A DNA stretch of 63,926 nt, the filler included, from Neolecta irregularis DAH-3 (taxonomy: Eukaryota): assembly GCA_001929475.1 (NCBI GenBank). It is 4 parts of 4 records of this genome, joined end to end, with 100 filler letters (N's around TTAATTAATTAA, not from the genome) between each part and the next. Parts side by side here need not be neighbours in the genome. Positions count along the whole stretch, not along the records: positions 62,558 to 63,926 come from LXFE01002831.1; 3 more parts are not named here. One strand, written 5' to 3'. Of this stretch, positions 62,558 through 63,926 are shown piece by piece (position 1 is the first letter of the stretch; each line of letters opens with the position of its first letter). Position numbers and translations under genes: made by a program. The notes under the pieces are model-generated. The model did not search any database. It was not told the DNA's origin and saw only the letters and a list, made by a program, of their open reading frames with translations.

Positions 62558-63926
62558 TAACTCCAACCCAGCCGGTACCTTCCTGGTCCTTGTGGTCCTA
62601 ACCGCAACCCAGCCGGCACCCGTGGTCCCGTTAACTCCAACCCAGCCGGTAGCCCACCATGTGACCCTCCCGGCCCGCTGCTCGCCCACGCCGTCACCCG
62701 GCTGCTGCAGCTCGCCGCCTCCGACGCTGCGCTGCTCTCGCAGACCCACCTTTCTCTCCTCATCGCCGCCCTGCTGCGCCTGGCCTTCCATCCCCCGCAC
62801 CCGCACTGGGGCCACGCCCTCGACTCGCTGCTCGCGCTGTATCCGCCCTCTGCGCCCCCGCTGACTGCAGCTACGACGCCCCCACCCTCCTCCGCTCCTT
62901 TCTCTCTCTGCTCCTCAACCACCCGCCCCAGTGGCTGCGCTCCATCCTCGCCCAACGACTCTCCACTCTCCTGCTGCAACAACACGGCGTCCTTGCCACT
63001 CTTTCTTTTTTTCTCACCCACAATACCCCCGATCCAGACCCTCTACATACCACTCGCAGTCTGGACGCTACTACAAAACTCCTCACTACCCCTCCAAGCT
63101 TCTTGTCCCCAAATGTATATCCTCCTTTTCTTTCTAACCCCAGGACTTTTACAAAAACATCCTCGCACAGCTCTTGTCCATACTCTCATCCAACAATCCA
63201 CAAATACTCTTACATGCCGCTGTTTATGCTATTTCCCATTTATTCACACAATCCCCACACGCCGTCCACTCTGTTATCATCGCTCCCTTGCAATTGCCTT
63301 TCCAGAATCTGAATATCTTGAATCCCGGTTTCGGAAATCTCCCAAATATCGCAAATATCGGTTTATCCGAAAATCTCCCCAATCCCGTTTTATCCGAAAA
63401 TCTCTTAAATCCCGTTTTATCTCAAAATCTCAATCAATCGGAAAATCTCCTTTTATCCCAAAATCTCAATCAATCGGAAAATCCCCTTTTATCCCAAAAC
63501 CTCAATCAATCGGAAAATCCCCTTTTATCCCAAAATTTATTCATCCTCCAGAATATTTCAAATTTCGCCAGTCCAGCCTTATCAATCGCTCTATTCACTC
63601 CGATTCAACTTCCCCTATGGTATCTATCCCCAATCAATTCTCTCTCCCAACCAATCTCTTCCATATTCGTACAATTGATTAAAATATCCGGTCCTGATTT
63701 GGCTGTTTTCCTACTCGATCATGTAGCCGATATTACAACCAATCTCGACAACAGAATAAAATGCTTTCAAAATATTCTAAAAGCATCCGAAAAAGACGTT
63801 TTGTCAACAGTATTCCTTCATACATTAAAATACTGTCTCTCCTCCCGGGATACAAATAAATATCCCCTCAAGTATGTCCATTCTCATCCTTCTAATCATA
63901 GAATGATGGCGTATATCCAGTTATCC
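62558..63926 (+). CDS. Rtp1/TANGO6-like ARM-repeat protein, partial (not in the ORF-track frame)
   Basis: Spliced frame LIAALLRLAF...|YDAPTLLRSFLSLLLNHPPQWLRSILAQRLSTLLLQQHGVLATL...KLLTTPP..|DFYKNILAQLLSIL resembles the Rtp1 N-terminal region. Confidence 0.6.
63360..63540. repeat. coding tandem repeats (27-bp then 36-bp units)
   Basis: ttatccgaaaatctc..aatcccgtt x2, then ttatc(c/t)caaaa(t/c)ctcaatcaatcggaaaatc(t/c)cctt x3 (LSQNLNQSENPL). Confidence 0.88.

Overview
A gene-dense fungal genomic window with about 30 housekeeping genes split by very short (~32-45 nt) spliceosomal introns. The intron style and compactness suggest an early-diverging, Taphrinomycotina-like ascomycete (inference). 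It has three 100-nt scaffold gaps with an artificial TTAATTAATTAA linker. Genes in order: Zn2Cys6-PAS transcription factor, citrate synthase, two identical divergent tRNA-Leu(AAG), Rab escort protein, an RGG protein, secreted aspartic protease, Rad57, Cox5, Apc15/Mnd2-like, Erg4, Ubp3, Mag2, Hda1, Gcn1 (partial), metacaspase (partial), Pol2, Cox20, Sec7-PH Arf-GEF, Gmh1, Tsr4, mitochondrial IF2, GGA, Tsr3, Sro7, alpha-arrestin, glutaredoxin, Sfh1, Vps9 and Rtp1-like (partial). The most unusual part is an accessory island at ~52-58.3 kb. It holds an intronless small secreted-protein gene with relics of paralogous copies on both sides, nested inverted repeats and a foldback element whose arms diverge mainly by CpG->TpG/CpA changes. 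Other leads are the head-to-head Mag2/Ubp3 ribosome-ubiquitin writer/eraser pair and repeated G-to-C strand-skew switches at repeat-bearing divergent promoters. Exon boundaries were read by eye and family calls come from recognised motifs, not database searches.
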